From the NCBI GenBank assembly GCA_028292925.1, contig JAQGLK010000001.1, positions 4,557-68,556 of the forward strand: a stretch of 64,000 bases of DNA. Direction: 5' to 3'. Below the pieces are notes generated by a model. That model had not been told where the DNA came from and made no database searches. It saw only the letters and a program-made list of their open reading frames with translations. Each line of letters opens with the position of its first letter. The first letter of the stretch is position 1. The translations under genes and the position numbers were made by a program. The DNA is from Sphingomonas bacterium (GTDB lineage: Bacteria; Pseudomonadota; Alphaproteobacteria; Sphingomonadales; Sphingomonadaceae). Shown here piece after piece: positions 1 through 8,141 of the stretch.

Positions 1-368
1 TGCAGCCGCGCCAGTTCTCCGGCGGGCACATCCCAGCCGGGCTTCAGATCCAGCGCGCGGCGGTAGGAGCGCGCCGCCTCGTCGATCCGCCCGGCGGTCT
101 TGTGGAAATGGCCGAGTTGCAGCGCCAGATCGCCGTCGTCCGGCAGCGCCTGCTGCGCGGCATGGTAGTGATCGCTGGCCTGCGCCAGATGGCCGGCCTC
201 CTTGCGCATGTGGCCGCACTGGATCCGCAGGCGCGCATCGTCCGGGCGAAGCCGCAGCACCTCTTCATAGAGCAAGGCGGCCTCGGGATAGCGCCCCGCC
301 TCCCGCTCGGCGCGGGCACGGGCCAGCAGGTGCGTCGCGATACCTGCTTCCCGAAGTCGGTTTATCAT
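1..368 (-). CDS. TPR-repeat protein, N-terminal part (gene runs off the left edge); probable paralog of the TPR-GT9 protein at 4475-6457
   Basis: Absent from the ORF track because it is open at the window edge. Reverse-strand translation from ATG at 368 gives MINRLREAGIATHLLARARAEREAGRYPEAALLYEEVLRLRPDDARLRIQCGHMRKEAGHLAQASDHYHAAQQALPDDGDLALQLGHFHKTAGRIDEAARSYRRALDLKPGW. This shows 34-residue TPR periodicity, GC-rich third positions, and the same N-terminal layout as 4475-6457. Confidence 0.6.
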   Translation of the reverse strand, partial: MINRLREAGIATHLLARARAEREAGRYPEAALLYEEVLRLRPDDARLRIQCGHMRKEAGHLAQASDHYHAAQQALPDDGDLALQLGHFHKTAGRIDEAARSYRRALDLKPGWDVPAGELARL

Positions 369-558
369 CAAGGAACCCAATGCATTGCCCCCGGCCGGCA
401 CGGTCGGTTCCGCTCCAGGCTTCCTATCGCGCGGTCCTTGCGAAGCCAAGCCGACTCGCAGGTTTCCCGGTCCGCCCTACGGGCGCCAGCCGCCGCAGCT
501 ATCTCGACGGGACACCGACCCTTTGATAAGCGCGGATCATAACCAGGCGGGGGGAGGC

Positions 559-2058
559 GTGTTGCAGGAAGAGTTGGGGGCCGCACCGGGCGTCGAGCCG
601 CATCCGGCGAGCCCTGCCCGGCCCCTCCGGTTCTACCAGTCGCAGGCGCCCCGTCACGACGTGGCGATCGGCGGCGCCGGCACTGCCGATGTCGCGCCGG
701 CAAGCCAGCAGGTGGTGGTCGTCGAGAACGTCCTGCAAAGCGTGGTGGAATATCGCGGCGCCATCCGGGAATGGTTCGGGCTGGTCCGCGAGGGCGGCTT
801 CCTTGTCCTCACCGTGCCCAGCAGCTTCCTGTTCGAGCGCAAGCTGATGCTGCCGGCGACATGGACGGCCGATCAGCGGCGGCTCTACACGCCCGGATCG
901 CTCCTCGCCGAGGTCGAGGAGGCACTCGTTCCGAACACGTACCGCGTTCGCCATCTGGCCGAAGACGATACCGGCTATGACTATGCCCGCGATACAGAGG
1001 AGCGACCGGTCGGCAAGTCCGACCTGACGCTGGTGATCGAGCGGATCGCGCCGCCCGCCTGGACGCTTGCCGGCCGGCCCGCGCCGCCGCCGACCGCCCC
1101 GATGCCGCTGTTCGAGCCCGTGCGCGACCGCGTCGAGCGGACGCGGTCTGGCGCCTCGCACCGCATCCTCGTCCTCAAGCTCGACCATCTCGGCGATTTC
1201 ATCATGGGGATCGCCGCGCTGGAGCGGCTGCGGGAGACGTTCCCCGCTGCCGCGATCACCCTGGTCGTCGGCAGCTGGAACCGCGATCTGGCCGCGGGGC
1301 TGGGCATCGCCGATACGATCCTGAGCTTCGACATCTATCCGCGCAACTCGTCCGAGGAAAAGGTCGACGTAGTCGGCAAGACTTCCGCGTTTCAGGGGCT
1401 CGTCACCGGAAAGTACGACATCGCGATCGATCTGCGCACGGATGGCGATACCCGCTTCCTGCTCCAGTCGGTCGATGCCGATCTGCGTTGCGGGCTGGGC
1501 ACGAAGGCGCAGTTCCGGCACCTGGATATCTTCCTGCCGATCGATACCGTGCGCCACGAGCCGGAAACCGCGCGCGACGACAGTCTCGCGCCCGGTGATT
1601 TTCAGGGGCAGGGCTATACGCGCCGGACGCGCCATCGGTTCGCGGTGCCGGCCGACCGGGAGCGGCATGACGCTGCCATCATCTGGGGCCCCTACTGGAA
1701 CCTGCGGCCCGGCCGCTATGTGTTCGAGCCCTATCTGGAAATCGATCCGGGGACGCCGGGATTCCTGTTCCTCGACATTGCGATCTCGCTGGATCGCGTC
1801 GCCAGCAGGGTGGTCAGCGCGGGCGACCCGTTGCGGTTCGAGTTCGATGTCGAGAAGCCCGGCAGCGTTTTCGAATTCCGGGTCTATGACGACGGCGGAG
1901 ACCGGCGGCCGGCGTTCGACTTCTTCGGCGGTCGCCTGATGCGGCAGGGGGCGAGCAGCGTGCTCCACCAGTCGGAATATCTGATCCTCCTGATCGAACT
2001 CATCCGCCTGCGCGTCGAACGGTTCGGCATCCTGTATGAAGGCGACACCGTTTCGTGA
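559..2058 (+). CDS. Multidomain protein: degenerate class-I methyltransferase remnant plus the N-terminal Rossmann half of a GT9 glycosyltransferase carrying a ~150-aa insertion; the GT9 C-terminal half is missing
   Basis: Track ORF 385-2058. The methyltransferase-like stretch VVVVENVLQSVVEYRGAIREWFGLVREGGFLVLTVP has no clear GxGxG SAM motif upstream. The GT9 N-domain is HRILVLKLDHLGDFIMGIAALERLRETFPAAAITLVVG. Third codon positions become GC-rich only after about nt 559 (GTG 559 / TTG 562 behind GGGGAGG), so 385 is probably not the start. The exact start is uncertain. Confidence 0.6.
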   Translation: MLQEELGAAPGVEPHPASPARPLRFYQSQAPRHDVAIGGAGTADVAPASQQVVVVENVLQSVVEYRGAIREWFGLVREGGFLVLTVPSSFLFERKLMLPATWTADQRRLYTPGSLLAEVEEALVPNTYRVRHLAEDDTGYDYARDTEERPVGKSDLTLVIERIAPPAWTLAGRPAPPPTAPMPLFEPVRDRVERTRSGASHRILVLKLDHLGDFIMGIAALERLRETFPAAAITLVVGSWNRDLAAGLGIADTILSFDIYPRNSSEEKVDVVGKTSAFQGLVTGKYDIAIDLRTDGDTRFLLQSVDADLRCGLGTKAQFRHLDIFLPIDTVRHEPETARDDSLAPGDFQGQGYTRRTRHRFAVPADRERHDAAIIWGPYWNLRPGRYVFEPYLEIDPGTPGFLFLDIAISLDRVASRVVSAGDPLRFEFDVEKPGSVFEFRVYDDGGDRRPAFDFFGGRLMRQGASSVLHQSEYLILLIELIRLRVERFGILYEGDTVS

Positions 2059-2597
2059 GCACGTTGCTGGTATCGCCTTTTTCGAACAGCGATATTCGCG
2101 ACTGGCCGGCCGAGAACTTCAGCAGGTTGATCGCCCTCATGCTCGATCGGCCGGAAGCGCCCGCTTTGATCCGCGTCATCGGCACCGCGGGGCAGCGGCA
2201 GCGCGCCAACGGCATCGTGCGGGAGCTGAGATCGGATCGGGTGCGCAACGATTGCGGCACGCTTCCGTGGCCCGATGTCGTGGCGGAGGTGCGCACGGCG
2301 ACTTGCGTGATCGGCAACAATTCCGGCATTTCCCACCTGTCCGCGTATCTTGGCACGCCGACGGTGTGCATCTTCGGCGGATCCCACCAGCGGCTCGAAT
2401 GGCGGCCGCAGGGGCCGGCGGTGCGATTGCTGACGCGCGCGGTCGGCTGTTCGCCGTGCCACCTCGATCATGGCCGATCGTGCGGCTATGCCAAGGCCTG
2501 CCTGCGGGAGCTGGCGCCGGAGGTTGTGGCCGATGCCGTATCGGAGCTGCTGCGCGGCGGCGGCGGGCAAGAGCATAAGCGGGCGGGGGGCATCTGA
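2055..2597 (+). CDS. GT9 glycosyltransferase, C-terminal (sugar-nucleotide binding) Rossmann half only, as a stand-alone ORF
   Basis: STLLVSPFSNSDIRDWPAENFSRLIALML, VIGNNSGISHLSAYLGTPTVCIFG and CSPCHLDHGRSC match the C-terminal half of heptosyltransferase-family enzymes. Compare YAVLHTGARHPINRWPLASF / LVGNDSGPKHLAAVRGVPTVSLH in 4475-6457. The GTG start overlaps the upstream stop (GTGA at 2055-2058). Confidence 0.65.
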   Translation: MSTLLVSPFSNSDIRDWPAENFSRLIALMLDRPEAPALIRVIGTAGQRQRANGIVRELRSDRVRNDCGTLPWPDVVAEVRTATCVIGNNSGISHLSAYLGTPTVCIFGGSHQRLEWRPQGPAVRLLTRAVGCSPCHLDHGRSCGYAKACLRELAPEVVADAVSELLRGGGGQEHKRAGGI

Positions 2598-3083
2598 ATG
2601 GCTTGGCAGTGGATCAAACGCCTGACCGGGCGGAAGGCGTTGCAGCGGCGTATCGACGGCCTGTCCGACGAGATCGCCGGGCTGCGCACGCTGATCGATA
2701 CGATGCGCGCGGAGCATGACCCCGCGCCGGAGCGCGAACAGGCGGCTGCCGCCATCCAGGAAGCGAGGCAGGCGCGGCAGGAAAGTGCCCTCGCCAGAAC
2801 GGAAGCCGCCACGGCGTTGGCCGAGGCGGTTCGCACCGGGGAAGATGCACGGAAAAACGCCGACGATGCCACCGCACTGCGTGACGCCCTCGCCGCGTCG
2901 CAGGACCGCCTCGAGCGGATGATCGAGGATGCCGGCAGGTCGCGGGAGGAATTGGGCATCCTGGTGGACAAGGCGGACAAACAGAATGCCATCGACCATG
3001 CCGAGTTCCGGCGCGTGGATCTCGCTCTGGCCGAGCGGCTTGAGGCAGTGAAACGATCGATCCCGCGCGGCAGCCAGCAATAG
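2598..3083 (+). CDS. Hypothetical coiled-coil protein (161 aa)
   Basis: ATG immediately follows the stop of the preceding ORF. Third positions are GC-rich. The sequence is rich in A/E/R/L heptad-like stretches (LSDEIAGLRTLIDTMRAEH, LRDALAASQDRLERMIEDAG). I recognise no family motif. Confidence 0.5.
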   Translation: MAWQWIKRLTGRKALQRRIDGLSDEIAGLRTLIDTMRAEHDPAPEREQAAAAIQEARQARQESALARTEAATALAEAVRTGEDARKNADDATALRDALAASQDRLERMIEDAGRSREELGILVDKADKQNAIDHAEFRRVDLALAERLEAVKRSIPRGSQQ

Positions 3084-3241
3084 CCGGCGCTCGCCGCCAG
3101 CGCTTCGGCGGCGGTTCGCCTGCTGGGCGATCGGCGCGACAGGTGCGTGGCGCGGCACCCCTTGCGCGCGTTCGTGCGCGCGTGCATCGGGCGGCTCCGC
3201 CTGCGGATGCAGGAACAGGCGTTCGGCGATAAGGTGAAGCG

Positions 3242-4444
3242 GTGATCCTCCTCGATGAAAATGAAGTCGAGCTTGGCCCCTTCGAGTTCGCGCCGGACTG
3301 GTGCAGCCTTGTCGGCGGACTCGGCGGGTCGCAGCAGGGGCCGGACGATCACTATGTGTTCCACACCCCCTATGCCGATTTCGGCCAGGAGGAGGTGCTG
3401 GTCACGCTCCGCTTCGATGGGCTCGTCGCCACCCGCGGCATGATCGTGCTGCGGGTCCACGCTTATTCGTCCCGGCCGGGCGCGGCCGCGTACCAGATCG
3501 CCTATGCCGAAGCGCCGCTGCGGCTGATCGCGGCGGATGGCGGGACGACGACGTTGCGGTTCAGGCCGGCAGCGAACGTGCTGCATGCCGTCCTCGGCCA
3601 TATCTATGACGGGACGGACGCGACGGCGGCCGGGCTGCGCGTCACGGCGCGGCGTCTGTCCGCGGTCGAGGCGGAGGCCGAAGCCGTCACTGACGAGCGG
3701 CGCACCAGCTTCGGCGCGTCCACGATCCGCGCCGTGCCGCAACTGATGAGCGCCGCCGCCCCCAGGCTGGCGACGCCGATCTCGCAGCCCTGTACCCGGC
3801 CCCAGCTCGCCGAGCCGGTCTATGCCGAATGGGCGGCGCGGATGCACGAGGCGCCGGCGCACGATTCCCGGCAATGGGGCCACATCTATATCCTGCAGGC
3901 CCTTCGCAGCTACGGCGTGCTGGAGGCGGGCGCGCAGGCGATCGGATTCGGCCCGGATGCCGGGGCGATCCCCGCCGTGCTGGCCGATATCGGGTGCCAC
4001 GTGACGATGGCCGATCCCGATGCGCTGGGCGTGGAGGTCTGGCGCAATCCGGCCTTGTGCGACGATGCCACGTTCGATCGCAACGTCTTCCACCGGCCGC
4101 TCAACCGTGCGGATCTGCCGGACGATCTCACCGGCTTCGATCTGCTCTGGTCGCAGCGCAGCCCCAACGATCTGTCGACCGTGACGGACACGGTCGACTT
4201 CATTCATCGCTCGCTTGCCTGCCTGAAGCCCGGCGGGATGGCGGTGCACATGGTAAGCTACGATCCGCTGCCCGGTGCCGAGGCGGACGCGGCAGGCAAC
4301 CCGATCCTGCGCCGCGGCGATCTCGATCGGCTGGCGCTTGGCCTGATCGGGCACGGGCACGAGATCGCCCAGTTCACCTATTCGGGCGGCGATCGCGATC
4401 CCACCGCGTTCGGGATCATCGCCAGGCGCGGCCTGCGCACCTGA
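3242..4444 (+). CDS. Two-domain protein: unknown N-terminal domain plus a class-I SAM-dependent methyltransferase-like C-terminal domain
   Basis: The C-terminal half has a methyltransferase-like layout: AIGFGPDAGAIPAVLADIGCHVTMADPD (motif I-like), FDLLWSQRS, and SLACLKPGGMAVHMV (post-II LKPGG). The N-terminal ~190 aa carry no motif I recognise. GTG start at 3242. Confidence 0.55.
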   Translation: MILLDENEVELGPFEFAPDWCSLVGGLGGSQQGPDDHYVFHTPYADFGQEEVLVTLRFDGLVATRGMIVLRVHAYSSRPGAAAYQIAYAEAPLRLIAADGGTTTLRFRPAANVLHAVLGHIYDGTDATAAGLRVTARRLSAVEAEAEAVTDERRTSFGASTIRAVPQLMSAAAPRLATPISQPCTRPQLAEPVYAEWAARMHEAPAHDSRQWGHIYILQALRSYGVLEAGAQAIGFGPDAGAIPAVLADIGCHVTMADPDALGVEVWRNPALCDDATFDRNVFHRPLNRADLPDDLTGFDLLWSQRSPNDLSTVTDTVDFIHRSLACLKPGGMAVHMVSYDPLPGAEADAAGNPILRRGDLDRLALGLIGHGHEIAQFTYSGGDRDPTAFGIIARRGLRT

Positions 4445-4474
4445 GCCCGCGGCGGCGCGCGCCGCCCGGATCGA

Positions 4475-6457
4475 TCACAGCAGCGGCCGGATCGCCGCCA
4501 TCACCTCATCCACCCGGATCGATCGAACGCATACCGCCTCGCGTCCGCAGAGCTGGATGTCGTTCAGCCCGCAGCCGGTGCACGGCACCCGCTTGGACAG
4601 GATCGTGCCCGGCCCGTCCTGCCCCCATTCGCTCCAGTTGAGCCGATCGACGTGCAGGCTGACCGTCGGCACGCCGCGTACCGCCGCCAGATGCTTCGGC
4701 CCCGAGTCGTTGCCGACCAGAAGCCTGGCGCCGGAAACGATCGCGTCGAACGCATCGCCGTCGATCACGTCGAGTATGCGTACGCGGTTTCTGTCGCGGA
4801 GCGCCGGGTGCGCGGCGGCCGAGGGATCCTCGCAGAACAGCACCACCGTCAGATCGGTTTCCGCCAGCAGGCGTTCGGCAACCGACAGGAAACTGGCCAG
4901 CGGCCAGCGGTTGATCGGGTGCCGCGCGCCGGTGTGCAGCACCGCATAGTTCCCCGCGTGCAAGCGATGCGCATCCAGCGCCGGGCGCGAGGGCGCCACG
5001 CGCGGCACGCTCGGCCGGGTCGGCGTCGCCGCGACCGCCAGCGCCTCGACCAGCGTCAGGACGGCGGCGGCATGCGACATCCGCTCCAGCCGGTTGACCT
5101 TGTCCCGCGATTGCAGGCCGATGCCGTGATCGAGAAAGGTGAAGCGATCGGCGTTGAACCCGACCATGTAGGTCGCGCCGGTCAGCAGCAGCAGCGGCCG
5201 CGTCTCGTCGCCGGGGCAGAGATCGATCGCCAGATCGAACTGCGTTTCGGCGAACAGGGCGCGCAATCGCGCCTCCTCCGCATGAGAGAGGTGACGGCGT
5301 TCGGTCACCGGGCTGTAATCCAGCTTGATCGTCTCGACGCGATCGGCCAGCGCCGATGCCTCGACGATCGGCTTGATCCCCGGCTGGACGAGCACGGTGA
5401 TCGCCGCGTCCGGAAAGATCGCGCGCAGCCGGGCGAGCGCGGGCAGCGAGGCGGAGACGTCACCCAGCTGGTCGGCACGCATCGCCAGGATCGATCGCAC
5501 CGGCGCATCGAAGATCGATCGGGCGGCCGGGCGGGCCTGCGCGGCGGCATCGGCGATCCATGCCCCCGGATCGATCCCGTCCGGCGGCGAGGGGACGAAC
5601 GCATCCGCGCTTTCCAGATCGGGCAGCAGATCGGCAGGTTCGGCGACGTTGACGAACAGCCCCGCGCTTGGCGCATGGTTGCCCGCACGGATCGACAGCC
5701 AGTGGCGGCCGGGCGGCAGGGTGGCGCTGTCGATCCAGATGTTCGCCACGTGCAGCCGGATCGGAATCCGCCCCCGCTCGACGAAGTTGACCGGGGAAAC
5801 GGCGACGCGGACTGCCGCGGCCTCCTCGCCGATCCACAATTCCACCGATTCAAGCCGCGCCAGCGAGAAGATGCGCGCGCGTATCGCCACGGTGCCGGCC
5901 AGCAGCGGCTCGCGTGCGCCGTCCCGCGCCAGCGCCATCGAACCGACCTGATCGAACATGATCGAGGGGTAGTTGTTGCCGCGCACCCGCACCGCGTGAT
6001 TGTCTTCCCGCCCCAGCGAGCCGAGCCAGCGCCGCGGCTCCGTCGTCTCGATCAGGATGCGATCCGGCAGGGTGCGGGCGCTTGGCGCCGCGATGGTCGA
6101 TCCGCCCCCGGCGCCCGCCACCAGCTCGGATCGGTCGGCGATCGCGTAGGGCAGGATATCGGCGCGCGCGCGACGGTTGGTGTCGGCCATCTGCTTCAGC
6201 GCCTCGGGCCGCTGCACCCCCGCAGTGACCTGGCTGTAGGCCGTCACCGCGGCACGGTAATCGCCATATTCCTTCAGGCAGTTGCCGATCTGGATGTGCA
6301 GATCCTCGCGCCACGGCAGCCATTCGAGCGCGCGGCGGTAAGCGACCACCGCCTCGATCCACTCGCCCCGATCGCGGTGCGCGTTCGCGCGCTGGACGTG
6401 CGGGCGGCCGACGCGCAGCCGGGCGAGCCTGCCCGCTGTCTTGAGGAGGTTCGCCAA
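4475..6457 (-). CDS. TPR-repeat / GT9-family (heptosyltransferase-fold) glycosyltransferase fusion protein (660 aa)
   Basis: N-terminal TPRs: RANAHRDRGEWIEAVVAYRRALEWLPWREDLHIQIGNCLKEYGDYRAAVTAY. The middle region of ~250 aa is unassigned. A complete GT9 fold follows: ILAMRADQLGDVSASLPALARLRAIFPDAAITVLV, YAVLHTGARHPINRWPLASF, LVGNDSGPKHLAAVRGVPTVSLH, CTGCGLNDIQLCGREAVC. The only possible start is TTG at 6457. Confidence 0.8.
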   Translation of the reverse strand: MANLLKTAGRLARLRVGRPHVQRANAHRDRGEWIEAVVAYRRALEWLPWREDLHIQIGNCLKEYGDYRAAVTAYSQVTAGVQRPEALKQMADTNRRARADILPYAIADRSELVAGAGGGSTIAAPSARTLPDRILIETTEPRRWLGSLGREDNHAVRVRGNNYPSIMFDQVGSMALARDGAREPLLAGTVAIRARIFSLARLESVELWIGEEAAAVRVAVSPVNFVERGRIPIRLHVANIWIDSATLPPGRHWLSIRAGNHAPSAGLFVNVAEPADLLPDLESADAFVPSPPDGIDPGAWIADAAAQARPAARSIFDAPVRSILAMRADQLGDVSASLPALARLRAIFPDAAITVLVQPGIKPIVEASALADRVETIKLDYSPVTERRHLSHAEEARLRALFAETQFDLAIDLCPGDETRPLLLLTGATYMVGFNADRFTFLDHGIGLQSRDKVNRLERMSHAAAVLTLVEALAVAATPTRPSVPRVAPSRPALDAHRLHAGNYAVLHTGARHPINRWPLASFLSVAERLLAETDLTVVLFCEDPSAAAHPALRDRNRVRILDVIDGDAFDAIVSGARLLVGNDSGPKHLAAVRGVPTVSLHVDRLNWSEWGQDGPGTILSKRVPCTGCGLNDIQLCGREAVCVRSIRVDEVMAAIRPLL

Positions 6458-6732
6458 GGCTCTAGCGCGCCCGGCCAGGCGGGCGGTGTCGTGCGGGAAG
6501 AACGGGACTTTGCTGGAACATGACCACTTTCGACGGCGATGCAGCTCTGGAGCGATGCGGCGACCAAAGGACCCGTCGGCAACGATCCGGACGCGAGACC
6601 GCCCCGAGCCGGGCCGCCTCTAACAGAGCTTGGCGGTCCAGGCGAGTAGGTCGGCCGGCCGGAATTCACGCGGCCCGCCCGCCCGTCGGGCCTGCCTGCG
6701 GGCCAGCCGTCAGGCCGGCCCGCGGGCGCCGA

Positions 6733-7878
6733 TCAGCGGGTGATCGCGCGGGCGGTGATGAACGGCGAGAAAAGCTGGTTGATGATGTTGACGAACTTGC
6801 TCGGCTGATTGGCGGCGGCGTTCGCGATGTAGATCACGTCCTTGTCGTGCATCACGAATCGCTGCGACAGGAAATAGCTCTGCGGGTTCATCATGTTCAG
6901 CCGGTAGATGACGGGTGCCTCCGGCGCGTCGGGCGTGCGCGGCGCATCGTAGCGGAACAGGAACACCGCCGACGGATCGGCCGCATTCTCGTTCGGGCCG
7001 CCGGCGCGCGCGATCGCTTCCGCCAGCGAAAGGCTGCTGATTTCGAACGGGATCTGCTGTGCGCGAAGGGTAGCACCGAACACGGTGAACGTGCGCGGCC
7101 GACGAAGAAGCTCGATCCGGTCGCCGGGCGCGAGCACGACGTCTTCCGGGGAGCCCGGCCGGATAAGCCCCAGCCGTTCCTCGACCGAGGTGCCGCCGCG
7201 GGTGAAGCGGATCACCATGTCGTCGGTCGGGCTGACGGTGCCGCCAGCGATCGCGACGGCATCCAGGAGGCGTTCGTGGGTGACCGTCACATCGACGCGG
7301 CCGGGCCTGCGGACTTCGCCCGAAACGAAGACGGTGTTCGAAATATTGGTCCGCACCGCGACCAGCACCTGCGGGCTCTGCGATTTGCCTGCAAGGCCGT
7401 TCTCGATCATCCGTTCCACCTCGGCGGCGGTGCGCCCGGCGACGGCGATACGGCCGACATAGGGCAGCTTGATCGTGCCGTCGGCATCGACGGGGACGTT
7501 GGCCAGCGGTTCGCCGCGCGCCGACGGATCGAAGCCGTCCCCGGCCGAGCGGAGTTGCCCGCCGCCCGAGAACAGCGAAACGCCTACCTCGTAGATGCTG
7601 ACCGCCAGGATATCGCCCGCGCCGATCGTGTCGTTCCGGCTGCCGCCCTGGATCAGGCCGAGCGCCGGGGAGGGCTGCGCCTTATCCCGGCCGACGTCGC
7701 GGATGATCGCGGCATCGACATCGACGATGCGATAACCGAGCACGTTCTGCGACCCGTGGGCACTGCGGAGGACCTGGCGGGCGGTAGGGCCGCTGGAGGG
7801 CAGACTGGCGCAGCCGCCGAGCGAAATCGCCAATGCGGCCGCGGCCGAGAAACGCAGGCCGGGAACGGAAAAAGCCAT
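6733..7878 (-). CDS. Polysaccharide export outer-membrane lipoprotein (OPX family, Wza/CtrA-like)
   Basis: Lipoprotein signal MAFSVPGLRFSAAAALAISLGGC with lipobox LGGC. Poly_export/SLBB-type stretches: IGAGDILAVSIYE, PVDADGTIKLPYVGRIAVAGRTAAEVERMI, VFVSGEVRRPGRV. Size is 381 aa. Confidence 0.85.
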   Translation of the reverse strand: MAFSVPGLRFSAAAALAISLGGCASLPSSGPTARQVLRSAHGSQNVLGYRIVDVDAAIIRDVGRDKAQPSPALGLIQGGSRNDTIGAGDILAVSIYEVGVSLFSGGGQLRSAGDGFDPSARGEPLANVPVDADGTIKLPYVGRIAVAGRTAAEVERMIENGLAGKSQSPQVLVAVRTNISNTVFVSGEVRRPGRVDVTVTHERLLDAVAIAGGTVSPTDDMVIRFTRGGTSVEERLGLIRPGSPEDVVLAPGDRIELLRRPRTFTVFGATLRAQQIPFEISSLSLAEAIARAGGPNENAADPSAVFLFRYDAPRTPDAPEAPVIYRLNMMNPQSYFLSQRFVMHDKDVIYIANAAANQPSKFVNIINQLFSPFITARAITR

Positions 7879-8141
7879 CGGTACGAGCTACCTTGCGCAG
7901 GGTGACGGGTGGCAGAGGAAGGCAGTACGCCGATTCATGCCCTTCGCGGCGCCCCGGCAGATCGCGCCCCGAGCGGGCTGGTCCCACAGCGGCACAGCAT
8001 GCCGCCCGGTTAGCATCGCTGCCGAGAAATTCCAGCCTGATTTGCACCGGCACGTCCCGTCCCGCGACGGTGCGGCTGCGCCATTGCCGCCGCCCCCCGC
8101 GGCGACTAGGCGCGGGACGCGGGCGAACGGAGGCGGGCGGG

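Noticed and set aside
385-558. The 5' extension of track ORF 385-2058, which would start it at ATG 385.
   Set aside because: Third codon positions in 385-558 are mixed A/T/G/C, unlike the GC3-rich sequence after ~559. The translation is Pro/Arg/Gly-rich. This is probably the divergent promoter region shared with the TPR gene ending at 368.
499-6523. A series of long antisense or alternative-frame ORFs in the GT9 region: 499-1968(-), 1884-3158(-), 2486-4360(-), 4652-6523(+), 3829-4641(+).
   Set aside because: Their translations are Arg/Pro/Gly-rich with no domain motifs. Each lies opposite or out of frame to an ORF with recognisable GT9, TPR or methyltransferase motifs and GC-rich third positions.
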